DNA from: Tubulanus polymorphus
Lineage: Eukaryota; Animalia; Nemertea
NCBI RefSeq assembly: GCF_964204645.1
Contig: NC_134032.1
Coordinates: 8,048,275 to 8,112,274 of the forward strand
DNA length: 64,000 bases
Direction: 5' to 3'
This document shows positions 27,601 through 39,938 of the stretch, piece after piece (the stretch's first letter is position 1; every line of letters starts with the position of its first letter). The notes under the pieces are model-generated. The model did not search any database and was not told the DNA's origin. It saw only the letters and a program-made list of their open reading frames with translations. Made by a program: the position numbers and the translations under genes.

Positions 27601-30600
27601 CAAAGAGTTGAAACCTATAAAATTGAGCTCAAAAGACGTAATGAGGACCAATTAATTGAACTCAATAGAGAACTAGATGATAATATCAATGCTGGTGATG
27701 CGAGCAATATTTTAACTGACATAATGATCAGTACTGCAGTTTCAATAATGGGGTTACAAAATGTAAAAAGTAAGAAAACGGTCAGAGTAATAATAAGGGG
27801 TTTAGCCCAAGATTAAAAGAGCCGAGGAGAAACTATCGTCAGATGAAACGGAGATATAGGAGGTATAAAACAAACCTAAATAGAACAGAAATGAACAAAG
27901 CTTTTAGGCGATATAAAAATGCTATCCGAACTCAGAGAAATATAAAAGTGAAAAATATGAATAACACAAACAAAGCTGCAGGAATAGATCGCATAACTAA
28001 CGAAATTTTAAAAGCCTCACAAGAGTTCATATTACCAACACTTGTTTTACTTTTTAACACTGTCTTAGATACCGGTGTTATCCCCGACAGTTGGACTATT
28101 GGTACTATCAAGCCAATCTATAAGGGAAAAGGCGATACCAAAGACCCAGACAACTATCGAGGGATCACCCTCCTTAGCTGTCTGGGGAAACTTTTTACTA
28201 GCCTGATAAATGATCGTCTGACGGAATACCTAGAAATCAATGATCTTTTACTGAAAAACCAGGCAGGCTTCAGAAAGGAGCATTCTATACTAGACCATAT
28301 CTTCACTTTGAATTCACTGATTGAATTATTTATAGCTAACAATAAGAAGTTCTTTTGTATCTTCATCGATTATCGAAAGGCATTCGATTCAATATGGCGT
28401 AAAGCACTCTGGCATAAAATGATAAATACTGGTATAACTGGAAAAATATTACGAGTAATTTACAATATTTATCAGATGCAAAGTCATGTATTCAAGTAAA
28501 CGGCGTCAATTCGGAGTACTTTGAGAGTTTTAAAGGATTGAGGCAAGGTGAGAACCTCTCCCCTATTCTGTTTTCAATATATCTGAATGATATGGAACCG
28601 TTTCTGATTGAAAGTCAGTGTGATGGTATTAGGTTCTTTCGTGACCAAGAAAGCTTAGATGTTTATTTCCGACTCCTATTATTGTTATATGCAGATGATG
28701 CCGTTATACTAGCAGAATCTGCCCAAAGCCTACAATATACAATCGATAAAGTCTTTGAGTATTGTCAGATGTGGAAACTCGACATCAACTTGGATAAAAC
28801 TAAGGCAATAATCTTTCAAAAGAGGAAATGTCGAAATCCTCCAGAATTTTTCATAAATGGGAGTAAAATAGAATTAGTCTCCAGTTTCAGATACTTAGGT
28901 ATCATTTTCTACTATAATGGAAACCTATCGACATGTATTGAGTCTATAGCTTCACATGCTAATAAAGCTATGTTTTTTGTTTTGAAAAAGGTAACAGAAT
29001 ACTCCTTGAGTGTTGACTTAGCTTTGCAACTCTTCGACAGTATGGTAACCCCAGTTTTAACATTCGGTTGCGAAATTTGGGGATTTCTTAATCTGAACTT
29101 GCTTGAGAAAGTTCAAGTGACCTTTTTCAAATATCTATTAAAACTAAAAAGGTCGACACCGACCTTCTTTGTCTATGGAGAACTAGGACGTTTCCCCTTT
29201 GAAGTAAATGCTTAAATTTTGGAGCAAATTGTTGAATAATCATAGTAAGCTTTCTTCTTTTATGTACAAGGTTTTGTACCAACAGTCCTTATTTAATAAT
29301 AATACGAGTAGATGGTTAAAATGTATCAAGAATACATTGGAATCTAACGGACTTGGTGATTTATGGTACAACCAAAATACACCGGACCTGGAGCTCTTCT
29401 CTTTAACAGTGCGGACACGATTAACTGATCAATTCACCCAAACTTGGCACAGCATAGTAAATGAATCAAGCATCGCCACGTACTATAAATTTTTTTTAAA
29501 CCAATGGCGTATCGAAAATTACCTTGTCAAACTGCCAACGGATCTTAGAAAGATACAACCGTACCCCCAGGGAAGAGCGAATATGTAATCTATGTAATAT
29601 GAGAGTCATTGGGGATGAGTACCACTTTGTTCTAGAATGCCCTTTCCTTCAGAATCTTCGCACCCGGTTCATTAAACCTGTAACCTGTCTCGCTTTAAAC
29701 AGCAAGAATCAAAGTTTCTCTAACTCATATTAAATATGTACTGTTCAATGCCCACCTTAAGCTATTGTTGATTGATAAGTATTCATGTATTCTTCTCATT
29801 TAAACCGTGTTTGTATGAATTCTGTAAACTGCATGTATACGTGTACAATGTATGAACCTGTTTTTTGTGCTCTGTGCAAATGTAAATTTTGTGGAGCAAT
29901 AATCTAATTGTAATTGTAATTCAGCCGCTCTTATTGACCATGGGCGTGCCCAGGATTTTTCAAAGGTAGGGAAAAATTTACAAGGAGCCAAAGTCCACTA
30001 TTCCACACACTGCCGTTATATAGAGCTTCTCATATGAAAAAAAAACATGACTGCTAAATCCCGGGGCTAGATCTTTGTGTACGAAATTTGGAGCAAAGTG
30101 CCCCCAGTGACGCCGATGATGTGTGTGTGTGATTATCAAATGATATTTTTCTAGATTGACACCCACGTATATGCTAGTACTCGCGGTATCGACGAATTTA
30201 AGTCGCTATTTTGGCGATGGGCCGGTATATCCTGATTTTTGGGGTTTTGACCCTAACTGCAGAGATTCGTGGAAGGCGCATCTGATGTACACGAGCAATT
30301 TCTTAGCTAAGGTTATCAATGTGGTAAATAGTCAGTCGTAGAACTATAAGCAAACGGGGACGATGACTTCTCGGAAAACCGCTAGGCAGCGCTAGGAATC
30401 TTGTGATTTGCCCTCAACGTTAGCGACAAACAACATGGGAATCGGGCAAACTGAGCTTATTTTACCATCTAGATGGGCTTCGGATAAATACACATTTTCG
30501 TTACTACTACTCGTAGAGGAGCAGTGTTGGCCCGGTGTTGAATATAAGTAAAACGAGACAGATAGTACTTAAGGTTTTGATTTGTTTATTCGAAGTATGT

Positions 30601-33513
30601 TGCCAATGTATAGATTCTTCGTCAGGTAAATGAGTGAGTCGTTGCCTTAATCTAAAATAAGAAAAAAAAAATAAAAGGTACTCCATCGCCTACTACGTTC
30701 CAGCCAGGGCATAATCTATCAGTTCAGGTTCGATAATTTACCAATGGGCAACAAGTTAAGATCCGATCCTGAATTGAAATAATCTGGTGGCTAAATCGTC
30801 ATCAAGGTGGTTGATACAATTGTATACAGTTTTCAAATTTGATATCATTTTTGTAATACAAAATTATTACCGGTACTAGCGGTACCGGATGGGTTTTGAG
30901 AGGTCAAAGTTTTCGTGTGCTTGTAACTCTATGGTTCCATTTAGTTAGCATTTAAAATAGACTATAGATCAAAATATAAATAACTCATTCAGAAAAGGCT
31001 AGCCAGATCACTTATTGTTTTCAGTGTTTAGGGTACACGTGGTTCTTGAATGCAAACATGCAATTTTATTTGGTATCTCCTATTGTCCTCGTGGCCTTTT
31101 GTCGGTAAGTGATACAATAATCCAATTCCAAAAACTATGTAGAAATTCATTTTTCTTTCTATCAAAATCGTTTTTAGGCATATCTAGAGATATTCATCGC
31201 CAACCACATAGACATAGATTGTTTTTACACATTGACAGGAAAGAAGTTTTCGGTGTGCTGGTAGCTTCAATTCCAATATTTGCTCATATTAGTTATTTTG
31301 TGCATACCTCGTCAGTTCATCGCTGGGGTGTTGCAGCTTTGGCTAAAAAGTAGGTGCAAAATACTTCCAAGATTATCCTTGTGAAATTATCTACTCCGGA
31401 GGCCGCATATTTGAATATTGGTGTATTCTGCACATTTAAATTTTGGTGTTTGACATTTCCAGTTTCTTTCATCGATATTACATAAAACCGTGGTATCACA
31501 TCAGTCCACATTTCTGCGGACTCATCGTCGGCTACATCATGGCCAAAACCAATGGAAAAGATATCGCATTCAACCGGGTAAGGTTCACTTCGATTATTCG
31601 ATCGGTCATATACAGCCCGATTTCATTTGATCAAGTTTTGTTATGAAGTAAAATAGATCGCTTCGTTATTAGTATTTGAAAACCAGTCAAGCGTGGTGGT
31701 CTGCATGACCCATGATCTATAGCGTGTAAAGACACTAATTTTTAAGCCATCACAAAAATTCACTTGATAATAATAAAGATTAACTTTGAAATGTTTGATC
31801 ATTTCGGAGGAACCATTTTCTGGGACACACTTAAAAACTCTAGACAGTTCAGCAGCCCAAAAACTGACCTGATCAGATTCACGATGTCTGACCATTGTTG
31901 TTCGCCAAAATCAGCACTTTTTACAGATTTTTTAAGTTTTCAGGGGGAATTCTGAAGATGCTTTGACCAATTTCCTTGATGTTTCATTTGTATCATTATT
32001 GTGAGAAGAATTTGGTCGATCGGACACTAGTTGGTCATCCCAAGACTTTTTTGTGCCGAAAGGGTCATTTTTGGCCTGAATTCTGAGACTTGTAATGGTT
32101 TGCGATTTTCCATTTAGATTCCCGATGGGTACACTTTGGGAAGGGATCTCTAACATATCAGATATGTTTTTCGATCATTCAATTTTTATGAAATTGGCAG
32201 CCATCTTATCAGTCGTCTTATCAGTGCTCATGTGTAGAAGTGTACGCCAAAGGTTTTTTGAAGAATAAGTCAGATGATTTTAACATAAAGTCCTGATATT
32301 GAATTGTATACAATTTTTCATTTGTATTGGTACTTTTACATTTTGTAACCGCAATCATGGTCAGTTTCAAGGATATCGGTTTCTGTATATGTTCACCAGG
32401 GACGTTGAATTACGGAAAAAAAATGGTATTTCCGTATGTATGGAAATACCATGCGAAATTATTGCTCATGAGATGCGATGATTATATGGCGAGTTTCAAG
32501 GTGATTGGTTTTTCGTATATGGTCACTAGGGGGCATTGACAAAAGGGTTTCATAAAGTGAATTTCCGAGGAGTAACAGGAGTAACGTAACAGGATTAACA
32601 CCATAAAATAATTCTGTAAGATGTTTTTTTCTTTCTTTGACACTCGCAATTCACTTATTTACTTAATTCCACGTTATTTCCGACAAATCGGAATCAGGTA
32701 TTACATCATACTATTAATGATGTTTTAAAAACCTAAAACATTATCAAAACAAACGGACTTTGGCAGCGAGGGTACTTCCGAAAAGCTTGAGAATTGGGAA
32801 GTCTCTTATAAACATGTAAAAAAAAGAAAAAAGGAGAACCGAGAAAAATGTTTCATGCTTTTCTTTCCCCAGGTATTCGTGATTATTGGATGGGTAATCG
32901 GTATCGCGTGTATTTACTGGCCTCTATTCGGATTACACGGCCACATCCGATGAGTCAGACAATGATTAATCTGTACTACTCGTGTCAGAAAACGGTGTTA
33001 TGTATCGGATTGGGGTGGATTTTATTCGCTTGTCAAAATGGTTACGGAGGTAATTACAAATAGTACGGCCCTCTCAAGTTGCTACTCATACGTTATATTC
33101 ATTTCGAACGTTTTAGACCAACCAAAAATGTGTACCGATAGCCGTTTGGTGTCAGCCACACTGCTTATTATGTCCACACAACCAACCCTTCACACTAAGC
33201 TTGAAGTGGCTCATGCTTGGTTTTGGGTTTACTTGAGGGAGTCAGGACGTATCTGTTCATGAACTCCCTGAAAAATGTTCATTTAAAATCATTTAAACCA
33301 AAATTCGTTTAAAATCCTTCACATTTTTGACCAGTCTAAATTTTAAAATTCTTTCCTTTCATGATTCTAGGAGTTGTGAATAGTTTCCTATCGTGGAAGG
33401 GATTTTTACCACTCGGTCGATTGTCGTATTGCGCCTACTTGCTACATCCTCTGGTTATCTCGTACATAGGTCTATCCCTACGGACCCCCTTGTATCTGAA
33501 CTACACCAGCTTC
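24689..33513 (+). pseudogene. Inverted partial duplicate of the NRF-6-like gene (7 internal exons)
   Basis: Exons near 24689-24790, 30154-30322, 31025-31105, 31239-31350, 31463-31577, 32873-33049, 33372-33513 mirror copy 1. A 10-nt deletion (TTTCAACGGA) near 32943 frameshifts it; N-terminal and terminal exons not found. Confidence 0.8.
25005..29920 (+). mobile_element. Near-full-length decayed non-LTR retrotransposon (RTE-X-like): ORF1, APE endonuclease, RT, C-terminal Cys/His motif
   Basis: ORF1 ~25.55-26.4 kb (EARSRRINLVFHGVPE, ISEDYP); EN LNVCGL..LVETK..GDFNS..VDYF..SDVHSPI; RT PDNYRGITLLS, NQAGFR, FIDYRKAFDSI, LRQGENLSP, LLYADD, FRYLG; tail RICNLC..IGDEYHFVLEC; several frameshifts and an apparent EN-RT linker deletion; (AATTGT)n tail. 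Clade label is by motif recall only. Confidence 0.92.
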
Positions 33514-35159
33514 GTAAGTTACATAAATTGCAGATATGTTGTATTAATTGAGAAAGTCGAAAATGAAGTAAAACAAGACATTTTTTCGTAGTCGTAGCAT
33601 TTTCAATTTTATCTCTGGCATTCCACTTTCCTGTACGCAAATTCCATTAGTCCCGGCATCTTGAGTAGGATATGTGGAAGGCTTCCGTAGAAAACATTAT
33701 AGACGGACGTCGGGCGCCAAAGGCGCCCGGAGGACGTCCCTTTGGTAAACGCGTATATGTGGATACTACGAAGTGTCTTCTTAACCGATTCTGACTAGCT
33801 GACAAAGTCAGAAAAAAATGACGTCACTTGACGTCCGGTTTGAAGTTCATGGGGAAATCGGAAGTAGAATTACGTCACGCTAAAATCTGGCAGCCCATTA
33901 ACTAAAACAAGGCAATTTATGGATAAGGTTATTTCAGAATTTATTTATTTCATGAAATTTCGAACAAGATTGGGTCGATGAATAGTTTAACAATGAACCG
34001 CGTTGATCGAACGAGTTCGAAAATAGCTGAAATTCCCTTAGCAACGGGGTAGCGAATTCATAATAAACAAACCACGCGCCGGCGGCGCGCCCGGTTCAGC
34101 CATCGCAGGTTCGAATCCCGGAGAATCACGCCCTCGCGCGCGCGTGCGACAGTCAACCCCAGCCGCAGCGCTGAAATATGTAATCAATTATCAAGTTTAA
34201 TGACCCTAAAACTGCGATGAGTCGGTTGTCGTACAATTTGCTTTAAATTTCAAGGGCGCGGCGGATCGGCGGCACGGTCTCGCTCCGCGGAGCAGCGACA
34301 TCGCGGTCGGCAAAAACATTAGTCTCCGCCCCTTCTTTCACCAAATAAGGAATTCGGTACCGCTGGCCACGTGCACTATTAATTTTGAGCCGTAGATTCC
34401 CGGTACTCGACATTCCCCCGAGAATTAGAAACAAATAAATATTTTTCGCGAGAGAAATCAATTTTTGTATTGACATTTAAATTTTACTGCTGATAATTTA
34501 TTCGATTTTTTTTTCTGGCAGAAAAAAATTATGCGATCGAAGCGTTTCAACGTGTCTTTCATTTTTTCTTGTCTTTCTTTACTTTTCAAATCGAGCTAAT
34601 TTCTAAATTAACACCAGGTCAAATTCTTCAATCTTGCAAACCGTCTCAGTTTCACCATAATGTCGGTTTTTACATTTCGGGTTTTACAAAGTGGTTTATA
34701 AACCATTGAAAAACTCCTGATACAAATCGAAATAGTAATCTTTTTAGCAGTGGTAAACCGACCTGCCACGGGTAGCCAAAGACCAGTTTATATTTAGTTA
34801 AGAAATGGGTCAAGTTATTTTCATAGAAAATTGAATTTCATTAGATCTACAGATGAAATGAACAGGTTCGTCATAATTTTCCTAATCAAAATATAAGCCA
34901 AAATTCTTAATAACCAGAAATTAATCGAACCTTAAAGTTGAAGTTTCATCTTTCTTTCCCCCACCACTTAACTATATGGCATCAGTTTTCATTTTTCCAA
35001 GCTTAACAATAAGAATTGATTTAATTTCTTTAATAATTTAATGCTCGGCCGGGGCCCAAATCTACAGAACAATTTCAACATCGAAATAAAATTGATAGAC
35101 TTTAAGAGTTAGTAAGAGTTTCTTTCCAGTTTCATTGACAACAATTAATTTTCTTGCTT

Positions 35160-35740
35160 TCGATCGCAACCGACATAAGCTCATCTGCGACGCGACGGAA
35201 CTGAGCGCAAGGGTTCCAGCCAATAAGAGACCGCATATACATAGTACAAATTATGACCCCTAGTTAGCGTCATTCGTAATTAGTCATAAACTTTCAAATT
35301 CAAGTATTTATTTCGAAACGTAAACCAAACCTTCATCACGGCAGATGACTGGACCGAAGATCTAGAAGCGAAATTGGTAGAATTATGGTGTGAGCGGCCA
35401 TCGTTATATGACGTCGCTAGCACGTTGTATTCAAAACAGAATCAGAAAGATAAAGATCTTAAAGAAATAGCTTTTCTAATAGAAATATATTTCCCAATAA
35501 TTCAAAATAAATCAAATTTATTCTCAAAATGCTTATCACGTGACCATCTGAGCCATTGCAAGTAATCGTAACCGACATAAGCAGGGAAGCAACTGGAAGG
35601 ATCTCGTATCCCGATAGTCGGCCTCAGTTGCTGCGAATCGGAGCGCAGTCGACATAAGCTGGGCTGCGATCGCGGTTGCTCTCAGTTGCGTAGGTAGTAG
35701 TCGGTAGGCGTCGCGTTGCTTGTCGACATAAGCCAGCCTT
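35160..35740 (+). mobile_element. Harbinger-derived non-autonomous element with MADF/Myb-SANT remnant
   Basis: WTEDLEAKLVELWCERPSLYDVASTLYSKQNQKDKDLKEIA (35341-35470) is a MADF-type helix pattern; subterminal GCGAC/GACATAAGC repeats; ends ...CCAGCCTTAA. Confidence 0.65.
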
Positions 35741-36240
35741 AAAAGGGACGGCGTATCAGAGTCGTCTGTATGTTCATTTTACAACCACGGTTGATATGCA
35801 CTACGTACCCAGCGGTTCAAAATAACCTCAGTAAAAATGGGAAATATAGCTTTAATAACTACTAAAATTAATTTCAAAATTAACGAAAATCGCAATTTTT
35901 TACGTTAAAATATGCGTCCTTGGTTTCACAAGGTCACTGCTCTCAATTGTTGCATTAAAAATATCCAATAAGCACTGGCAAATAACTGCATTTCATTTCC
36001 TTTAAAATGGTGTATTAATGAAGTTAATCAAGCAAGGGACTGCAAAGTTATATGGTATTCAATCAAAAATTATCGCAACAATGGGGACCTCGAGGGACCG
36101 CCACAAAAATGGCGCCTAGAAACTAGAAACTTCTTTATTATATGACAGTTTCGGATGTGAAATTTGGTTCAACTCCAGAATAGGTCAATATAGTTCCATC
36201 GTGGAGGATTTTCTTTAATGAAGTGAGTGGTTCGGTTTCT

Positions 36241-36505
36241 AATTGCCGACCTATTTTACTCGTCGACAATTCCGACGATTTAGAATTGCCGACCTATTTT
36301 ACTCGTCGACAATTCCGACGATTTAGAATTGCCGACCTATTTTACTCGTCGACAATTCCGACGATTTAGAATTGCCGACCTATTTTACTCGTAGACAATT
36401 CCGACGATTTAGAATTGCCGACCTATTTTACTCGTCGACAATTCCGACGATTTTAAATTGCCGACCTATTTTACTCGTAGACAATTCCGACGATTTAGAA
36501 TTGTT
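36241..36505 (+). repeat. 43-bp tandem repeat x~6 (inverted copies x~3 at 36845-36960)
   Basis: AATTGCCGACCTATTTTACTCGTCGACAATTCCGACGATTTAG at 36241, 36284, 36327, 36370, 36413, 36456. Confidence 0.95.
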
Positions 36506-36571
36506 GAAGGGAAGATAAATTTTCAAGCAACGACACGGCCACTTGATGCCGATTGCAGTTTGTATCTATAA

Positions 36572-36844
36572 AGGGTAATCTACACACGGTCCTTCATCCC
36601 AGCCATTTTATATCAGGGTAATCCACACAAACACCCAGCCCCTCGATCCCAGCCACCTTATTCAAGGGTAATCCACGCAAACACACAGCCCCTCGATCCC
36701 AGCCACCTTATTCAAGGGTAATCCACGCAAACACACAACCCCTCGATCCCAGCCACTTTATATCAGGGTAATCCGCGCACACACACAGCCCCTCGATCCC
36801 AGCCACTTTATATCAGGGTAATCCACGCACACACACAGCCCCTC
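36572..36844 (+). repeat. 50-bp tandem repeat x~5.5
   Basis: AGGGTAATCCACGCAAACACACAGCCCCTCGATCCCAGCCAC... at 36615, 36665, 36715, 36765, 36815. Confidence 0.95.
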
Positions 36845-37109
36845 GGAATTGTCGACGAGTAAAATAGGTGGGCAATTCTAAATCGTCGGAATTATCGACG
36901 AGTATAATAGGTGGGCAATTCTAAATCGTCGGAATTGTCGACGAGTAAAACAGGTCGGCTACCTGGCTCGCGGAAGAATACGTGCTATGTACTCAGCCTG
37001 GCCTGGGCAGATCTACTTTTACCTGTTCTGGAGTTGACCCTGAAATTTGGGGAATTGAAAATTTGTCAATCCTAGGATTCAATTGAAATTTTTTAAGCAC
37101 ATTTTGAAG

Positions 37110-38030
37110 CTAGAGAAGTCATCTCCTACCATTTTTGTGTATGGAGAGTTATTACTAGGGCGTTTTCCACTTGAAATTATTATAAAAATTGGATTAATTA
37201 AGTTCTGGGCTAAACTGCGCAATAGCAATAAATTATCATCTGAAATATCTTATCGCATGTAATACATAAGTCTGCGGAACGTGGTTCCCGCTATGACTGG
37301 GTAGTTTTTATCCAAACACGGTTATAAAAAACGGTCTTGGACATTTTTGGTACGACCAACCCCGCATAACCCCGATTATGTAGCGCTAAGTCTGTCACTA
37401 CGATTAAAGGACCAATTTATTCAATATTGGAAGGATCAGTGTAACATTTCTAGCATTGCTGATTCATATAAGATATTCAAAACGGAATGGGGATTTGAAA
37501 CTTATCTTACTCAATTGTCGGATGATCTAAGGATAACCCTTTGTAGATTCCGATGTTCGAACCACCGTTTACCTATTGAAGCTGGGGGTATAACCGTTTC
37601 CCACGTTCGGACAGACTTTGCACAAATCGTGATTATGCGAGTTGTCTGTGACGAATTTCATTTCATATCTGTTTGTCTGTTTTTTTGCCAATTTCCGTCG
37701 AGACCCTTTTAGCTTGAACTTTGTAGATAAGCCACAATAACATAAATGTGTAGATTTATTTAGATCATCGGATGTCAAACTCCGAAAGCTTCCTTACTTA
37801 TACGAAGTGGTCTCAAATATTTTGAATAACATTGCTGTATTATTTTTGTCACACATTAACTGTGTAGTGTAATCTTGGATAGATATTAGCCTCGGCTATC
37901 ACCTATCCAAAATACAACAGAATTTTGTTTCTGATATTGTATTGCATTGACATTCATGTTGTTTTGTCTTTTTGCTCTAAGCAAATGTACTTTTGTGAGC
38001 GATAAAATACATTCTATATTCTATTCTACT
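37110..38030 (+). mobile_element. Decayed 3' portion of RTE-X-like LINE with tail
   Basis: LRLKDQFIQYW..YKIFKTEWGFETYL..LCRFRCSNHRLPIEAG..DEFHFI; 3' TTTTGCTC..GAGCGATAAA and (TATTC)n tail. Confidence 0.8.
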
Positions 38031-39881
38031 ACTTACCTAAACATTTCATTTCCAAGGTTGCCTGTTCCCCCATTCAACACGCCGGAACTCAGAGCATTAT
38101 TAGCAGGCTGAAGTGTCTTTTCCGCTCAACCCACTGAGCACCAACGTAGAGCTTACCGGATAGAGAATTCTAGAAAGATTCCCGAAAAGATACGTTGAAA
38201 AAATCGCTGAAGAGAGAATAATTGATATGTTTAAATGTCATTGGTTATGCAGCCGACGTATTGCCCATGGGATTGCGGGGTCCATTCAAAAACTCTTTTC
38301 CTGCGACACTTTTTCTATTGTACGTAAAACAAGTTTCTGCGACTTCATTCTTTTCAGAACGATTCCAGTTCCATAGGAGTTAAATCAGAATCTAACTCTT
38401 AAGTAGGCCTACGAATACGAATTAGGTGATTTTTACGTGAACATAATCAAATTTGACGAAGAAATAATGAACGATCCTGGTGACAGATATGTGTAACCGG
38501 GAACTAGGTGTCAGACAGGTTATAGACATGGGCCCAGTTCCATAGTTGTTAGAGTTAACTCTGAGTGAAAGTTAGTTCATTTTCAATGAGTTTACTCTGA
38601 GTCAAATTTAACTCACAAGTGTGGAACTGGACCATGAGGACTCACAAACTAACCCCTAGTGACATGTTTGAGAAACACAAATTAATTATTGATGAGGTTT
38701 GTCTAGAGCTAAGAATACATATTGAGTAACGTGAAATGTTGATTACGACATTAAACATTACATAGTTATACTTAATCTTTTGAGCCCTGTTTCGGTGGGA
38801 GGCCTTTTATTTTCCAAGATGACATGATATATACCCCACACGTGTTCAGGACTTTCATGGACCATGGACTGAAGTATCATATTTCGATATTAAATGTATG
38901 ACTTAACAAATGTATATCAGGGTGACAGATGGACTAGTTAACCTTTTGAACAAAATGGCCTCGAACGGCTGAAATGAAAAAACGGGCTTGACATTGATTT
39001 TCTGAATGCAAGTAACGGAAAATCGTAATTGAAATAGTGATAACACAGATAACTTGAAATAACATTTTCTTTTGTAACACAAACCAATAAAATGTAGAAT
39101 GTTATTTGAAAACTGTGGTCACAGATGCTGCAGAGACATGAGAATATAGTAATAATTAAGACCGTTTTTATTGTCACAGTGCTCGAATTATCAATAGGTT
39201 TACTTACGTCAAATAAAACCAACTGTTACACAACCGTGGAACGGTGCAGTTAAGTAAACGCTTGAACTTTGGGACTGGTTCCGATCCAGAGAACGAGTTT
39301 TACCCAAGCAACCTGCACCTGATCCAGAGTCAATTCAGACGTATACAACTAAATTCAAAATCAAATTCAATCTACACAAATGTGGAACTCAACCAAATTA
39401 AGCCCACACGCCAGCCAGTGGAACTTGGTCCAGAGACACATTTCATCCTATTGGATGGGTCCATTATAGAATTGAATCCAAATAACGCAAAGTACGCGGA
39501 ACAGAATAAAGAGTAAGATCAATAAAACACGACTGTAAAACCTGGTCTGGTACTTTTTTAGCAAAAGATACACTTGAATTTTCGAGGGACAAAAGTCGTG
39601 AAATTAATTTCGGCACAAATGACTATCATTTGAATTAAGCGTCGAAAACATTTCCAACGTAATAAACGGAAACTGGGGATCACAAACGACACCCAAGGCT
39701 AAAATAAGCCAATCTGCAAAATTACTGCGGCGATTCACTTATCGTCACCTGGCACCAAACCCTCGCATTTACACAAATGAAATCATTTTAATTAGTTTTC
39801 ACTAATCGCATTTGAGGTTAGAGTTATTAATTTTGCTCTCCGGAGAGAGCAGAGCATTCCGGTGTTTTTTGTCCGGGACGG

Positions 39882-39889
39882 TATATAAA
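39882..39889 (+). promoter_or_regulatory. Candidate TATA box of metalloprotease gene 2
   Basis: TATATAAA about 55 bp upstream of ATG 39939. Confidence 0.5.
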
Positions 39890-39938
39890 TATTTGCAAAG
39901 CACGTAGAGCAAGTCACTTTAGGACCTCATCCACACTC

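Larger units (their letters stand above)
36166..37040. mobile_element. Foldback DNA element with internal minisatellites and 8-bp TSD (Merlin/hAT-like)
   Basis: TIR GG(T/G)TCAACTCCAGAA(T/C)AGGT; TSD TGAAATTT at 36158-36165 and 37041-37048. Confidence 0.8.

Noticed and set aside
34095-34130. GGTTCGAATCCC suggesting a tRNA gene
   Set aside because: No A box, acceptor stem or cloverleaf can be built around it.
36241-36960. Regular repeats resembling a CRISPR array
   Set aside because: Units are directly adjacent with no unique spacers, no cas genes, eukaryotic context; explained by the foldback element.
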